A stretch of 64,000 nt of DNA from Amoebophrya sp. A120 (lineage: Eukaryota > Protista > Dinoflagellata), in the NCBI GenBank assembly GCA_905178155.1, contig CAJINV010000002.1, forward strand, positions 11,534,591 to 11,598,590, in the 5' to 3' direction. The position numbers and the translations under genes are program-made. Numbering within the stretch: the first letter of the stretch is position 1; the number at the start of each line of letters is the position of its first letter. Shown in pieces: positions 58,940 to 64,000 of this stretch. The notes beneath the pieces were generated by a model that ran no database searches, was not told the DNA's origin, and saw only the letters and a list, made by a program, of their open reading frames with translations.

Positions 58940-59506
58940 CTACACAAACCAGGAGTCATCTTCGCCGTCGTCCTTGTTTTCCAAACTGCAGCCGTCACCA
59001 AATTTCAATGAAGCCGGGCTCGGCCGAATTTTGACCTCCACGCTGTAAGTTGCGTCTTTCGTGCCCAGCTCCGCGGACACCTCGCGGTCTTCCTCCTCGT
59101 AGTTGAACTCCACCGTAGTTTCGCAGCACTTGTCCGTGGTAAAAACGAAGGTCCAAGTCCCGCCGAGGCTCGGTTCTTGGGGAGCGTCCTCTTTGAAGGT
59201 GGGTCCCTTGCTCGATACGCAGGCATTGTCGTCCGCATTCGCACGCACCCATCGCCTTCCAGTTACCGGGTTGCCCCACAGCGTCACGGACAACTTGTCA
59301 CCAACGCCAAGGTGCACGGACGAAGAGCCAGTTTCCACGCGCGGCCAATTTATTTTCGTCACAGGAACATCATCGTCCTTCTTGGCCGAGGACCCGCTGC
59401 TGAGCAGACCGTGCGCTTTCGCGTGGTAAACCGCCGTGCTGAGTGACAAGCAGACACCAACGAAAGGCAGGAGCGATGTTGCCGGTTTCCTCGAGGGAGG
59501 GGACAT
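58940..59506 (-). CDS. Secreted chagasin-family (I42) cysteine protease inhibitor
   Basis: Signal-like leader, then VGDKLSVTLWGNPVTGRRW (variant of NPTTGYxW), LGGTWTFVF (GxGG-like loop) and TTVEFNY. Confidence 0.72.
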   Translation of the reverse strand: MSPPSRKPATSLLPFVGVCLSLSTAVYHAKAHGLLSSGSSAKKDDDVPVTKINWPRVETGSSSVHLGVGDKLSVTLWGNPVTGRRWVRANADDNACVSSKGPTFKEDAPQEPSLGGTWTFVFTTDKCCETTVEFNYEEEDREVSAELGTKDATYSVEVKIRPSPASLKFGDGCSLENKDDGEDDSWFV

Positions 59507-60137
59507 CGTGCAGGTTCAGCCAAGAGTGAGTCGGAAGTCTACTTCTCCTGCTTAGCTACTGATGCAACTACGAAGCATCATGTTTACAAGAAGCTTTTCC
59601 TTGAACGTAGATTCACCCTCGGAACAAGTGCCTCTCTTTGCGTCCGCCCTCGACAGAAAGAGATGTCTGCAGCAACCGCAAAACTTCGACTCTCTGAACG
59701 ACAAACATATCTATCAGTACACAACGAGGGCAGTCCCTTCTTTGAGTTCGCATGTCTGAACACCAATGGCCGGGTCGGCGCTTGCCATTAAGCATCCACA
59801 TCCATTAAACCACTTCATCCAGGATTAAATTTTCGTGCTTTTGGCGCTTGATGATAAGATTCTTGAAATCGGAGTTCAACGACAATTTGCGGTTTGTCTT
59901 TATCCAATACATCGAAGCCTGGACTTGTGTAACAGAACGGAAAATTCTAGCGATCCACACTGGTTCGCAGCAATTCTTGGATTTGCTTTTGAGATTTGAT
60001 CACAATCGTATCTTCTAGGTTAGTACCCACCTTCAAAAAATCACACACAGCTTGTAGATACGATGACACAACACAACCATAGATCGCGGTGTTGAAGAAT
60101 GTGAGGTCGGCCGTCGCCTGGGGAAGAATGCTTCCGC

Positions 60138-63100
60138 TTAGTCTCCGAAGAGCGGATCTTTCCGCCCACCGCGCGCGTTTGCGCCTGGGGCGGGGCCATC
60201 GTCGAACAAGTTGCGTTTCGGTGCGCCAAAACCGGCTTGGGGCTGCCGCGCACCGGGGGGCGGCGCCGGAGGCTGCTGGGTCGCGGGGTTCATGGGAGGG
60301 GCAGCTTGATTCATGTTCATGGCAGGGTTACTGCCCGAGGCGGGGGGGAAGTTACTTCTTGGTGCCGAGGGGTTATTCGGCATCATGCCTGCGCCGGGCA
60401 TGTTACCGAAGCCGGGTCTGCTACCACCGGCGGTGCCGCTGCTCCGCGGAACATCGGCTGTCGGTTTGCTGTCTGCCGAAGCAAAACCGCCCTCGAGCGC
60501 TAGTTGTGCAATCTTGGGATCTTTTTGCAGAATGTCTGCCGCCTTCTGCAGCGTCTTCTGCTGGCCGGCAAGACTGCGACGCTCGTCCGTTATGTGCGGT
60601 GGCTCGCCGAGCATCTCGGAGAGCATCTTGGTCTGCTGCGTAAGGCCGACGAAAAGCTCGAACTGCATTTTCTCCTCCAGCGCGCGGACCAAAAAATACC
60701 TGGGGTTGATGGAAACGCCACAAATGAAGGCGGAAAACTTTTTCTGACCTAAAGACAAGAATGTATGACCATGATCTATGTATAAAGAAATTGTCTAGGA
60801 TCACGCAAGAAACCTCTCTGTTGAATAATACCCGATTGCTTTCGGCACCGAATCGCGCCAGTTGCGAATACTCAGCGAGAAAAAGCAGTCTAGCTGCTTT
60901 CGAAGATGTTGAATGTGCGACTGGTTGTACGTCATGCCGTCGTTGTTCCCAACGTTTCGGAACATCTTCTTCTCTGATGGATCCGTGAAGAACTTGGAAA
61001 CCTGTCGGTTGTGCCGATTGTTTGGGTTATTGCATGCAAATGCGAGTGCGTGGAGTTTCAGACTCTCACAGAACAATGACATGATGAGTTCAGCCAGCAC
61101 TATGTTGTATGTTCATCACTAAGCGCACCAAGACTGAAAGCAAACCAAATGAAGACCACACATAAGTACCCCGTCGCGGAAATCTGACGCCTTTTGCGCG
61201 GCGAATGCGTGTGCCGCCTGTAGTCGGGAGTCTTCCATCGGGTCCCCCGTAGGTGCGGGCGGGGGCGGAGGCTGTCCCTGCGGATTGTTTAAGTCCACGT
61301 GCTGGCCCTGCTTGTTCTGGTACATGGTGCCCATGTGTGCGAATTCAACCAGATATTCGTCATCATTCGTAAACCGGTAGATGATCTCTGCGCTGACCAG
61401 ATTCTCCACCACCTCTAGCGCTTTCTGTTTTTCCGCGTAGCAGATATCCTGGGATTTCTGCAGGACCGTCTCGGCCAGTTTGGGAAACCGGCGAAAGACC
61501 GACTTCGCGATCTTTTGGCAGATGTTGTCCAGTGCCGTACTCACGTCGTTCACGCACTCGGCGGCGGGAAGCTTGACCTTCTGAAGATGCGGGCGGAGTA
61601 GGTATTCGAAACTTTCCATGTTCCCGAACCCAGGCAGCGAATCCCCCTCGTGCATCCGAATGGCCCGGTCAATCTCCCGATCGTCCAGGGCCTGCGTGAT
61701 ACTCTCCATGTGAAAATCTATCAGAAACTCGTTGAAAATCTGCCGAACCTGCGCGCCGCCATTTATCTCCGTCAGGGCAGTGATGTACCGGTGCAACTTG
61801 CGGTCGTATCTGAATTTATAGTGGTGTCCTCCGTCGTGTTTGACTTTCCTGCTTCACTTTCAGTGTGTCTATAAGGGACAAAAGAAGATCTTCTGTGCAT
61901 CAGCTTTTGAGACAATTAAAGCTAGAGCAGTACTCGACTACAACTTCTAAGAAGTACGACGACGCTCATCTCTACGTACTGTGGAGAGCATGTGAAAACT
62001 GTACCTGCCCCTGATCGTCGACTTGAAGCACTCGACGTAATCGTTAATGAGACCCCACACGAGCTGGATTTGCTCGCGTTCTTCCAGGGGCACGCCCTCG
62101 CCGAGCTCGTCCAACCGCGTTTGCACGGTCCGCATGCGCTGCTGGATTTCGGACTTGATGTCGGGGAGAAAATGCCGAATGTGCTTGAACAAAATCTTTG
62201 TCAGCTTCTCGATCAGGGTGGGAATCCCAGTCATGCCCGGCGGGAGTCGCGAATAGCGCGGGTGCTCCGCGAACCAGGACTTTTCGGTGGAAAGCGCGGC
62301 CTGAAATGTTTCATTTGGTACAAATCAATTGGCAATCCTCAAGCCTGTTCCGTTACAGATGGCGACGCGCTTTTGCTATGCTGTAATGGCCACCCCGCAT
62401 TCATAACCAAAAGAAGTATTTACTTCTATCTACATATCTCCTCCTACATCCACATAGGGTTAGGAAGGGGAGACTCAGCGCCAAAGCTGCACCATGATCT
62501 ATCACGGCGTACCTTTATTTTTTTCTTGTTTGCGATGTCTTGTTGCGACCTGAGCTTGACCCCGACGTATCCGAGCATTAGTGGCACTTCCTCGCCTTTC
62601 AGCATCTTGACAGCATCGGTACCTCTGTCCATGATGTCAATCTTCGTTATCACACCAATGGTTCGCAGGCCCTGCGGGTCAACGACCTTAGCCATCTGAA
62701 GCGAGTCCGCGTTTACGACATCCTGGTTTGCAGGAAGCACGGCGAGAATGATGGTTTTCTGATTGCTTATGTACCTGGTGTCATGTTTATGTTGCCAGTT
62801 GATGAAGGTGGGAGGGTGAGAACATCAAAACAATAGGCATCGCGCTTCGTAGTGAGTGGTGCCGCAAGTAGTAAATAAAGGGAGGTAGAACTGCAAATAG
62901 ATGCACGTAGCTGCTGCAACTCAAGACCAACGCGTGCGGTAGGAGTAGGTACCTCATGGTCATGTCTTTCGTTATTTTCTCGATGTCCTCGTTTTGGTCG
63001 GACCCTTTCATGGGCACCAGAGTGATACCAGGTAAATCGATTAAGGTCAAGTCGGGTGCGTTGGTCGCGTGAATTTCCAGCTTGATCGGATCATCCACAA

Positions 63101-64000
63101 TGGCCTTGTTTTTACCTGAAGAAAGTTGAGGTAGGCTAAATCTTCATGCATGCCCTTCTAGAAGAAGATAAAGAAACCTTATTTCTAATCAGCGCCGAGT
63201 AAAAAATCTCCGAAAGAATTCCAGCTCGCGTCGATGCTGCACAGCCGTCCTTTAAAATTATATTCATCCGGCGCACTGCCATCACATCAGAGCAACTGCA
63301 AGCAAGTACCTGCAATCAAGTCGGTCTCCTTTTCAATCTCCTCCCTGACTTGGTCGAAGTTTGTGAATTTCTTTTTTGTGCGCTCGAAAATTGCGTATGC
63401 CGTCTCGCCCGGGTAATCCTGCGGGTTCAGGTGCTTCATGCGCAGCTCCAACGGCCGTCGTGTGCACAGCCCGTCGCCCCGCGGGAGAAAATCGAAGCCC
63501 GCAATCGACTCTGTGAAATGAAAATGTCGTAATCTGATGAGAACCAAAAGCAGAAGAAGGGCAGCAGCACTACAAATTGATGTTCTCATGGTTCGTTCGC
63601 GAGTGAGTGTCCGGCGCCCGATCAAAAATCATGACAAAAATTCATCTTGCTGCGTACGGAACAAACGGACAAAATTGGCAAAATCAATGCCGAACGTCAC
63701 TCGGTCTGCCCTGACTTTGACCATGAACGGCGCCTGTCTACACATGATCTTCAACGGCGACATCACCTCTACAGTAAGTAACGAGCTCGAGGTACCTATG
63801 ACACTGGACTTTCCGCTGGACTGGGATCCGATGGCGACGATGCGCGGGAGGTCAATATACTGTTGGAGGCCCACATCCCGAAGGTCGTCCACGACCTGAA
63901 TCAGCTGTTTCAGATTGTCGTACAACTGCGGCGCAGCTTCCGTCGAGGAAGACGACGAGGAAGTTCGGGGAGCCGCCGCCGGCGCATCGAAACCTAGGAC
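60138..64000 (-). CDS. Dynamin-related protein, alveolate DrpB-like. It is multi-exon and its 5' end runs off the window.
   Basis: Motifs LRDVGLQQYIDLPRIVAIGSQSSGKSS, FLPRGDGLCTRRPL, DLTLIDLPGIT and RTIGVITKID. Middle domain AIRMHEGDSLPGF, GED RDSVPKAIGYFLVR and a Pro-rich tail follow. Confidence 0.92.

Overview
Eukaryotic, intron-containing, gene-dense DNA. About 18 protein genes are recognisable and all lie on the minus strand. An alveolate DrpB-type dynamin, the ciliary genes DNAAF4 and CFAP299, a divergent histone H2B, one-strand gene order and transposon-like non-canonical introns together suggest a syndinian dinoflagellate such as Amoebophrya. This assignment is inferred, not searched. 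The main system is nine miniature inverted-repeat elements that sit inside coding sequences. Eight are 151-322 bp and one is inflated to 1.75 kb by a nested insert. All run TAT...ATA and are flanked by a 5-bp target-site duplication (TSD), perfect in seven cases. Removing the element plus one TSD copy restores the reading frame each time, and no register inside the TSD gives GT-AG. They therefore look like non-canonical introns (introners) living beside ordinary GT-AG introns in the same genes. They have eight different terminal inverted repeat (TIR) sequences, yet eight of the nine share an internal GCAT(G/C/T)ACA(A/G) motif in both orientations. Other notable items are an H2B with a (KDKDKM)n tail, two paralogous M64-like peptidases with different third zinc ligands, a roughly 10-kb type I membrane protein gene with a repeated domain, and a docking-domain plus tandem-GAF protein. 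All splice junctions were reconstructed by eye and none is transcript-confirmed.
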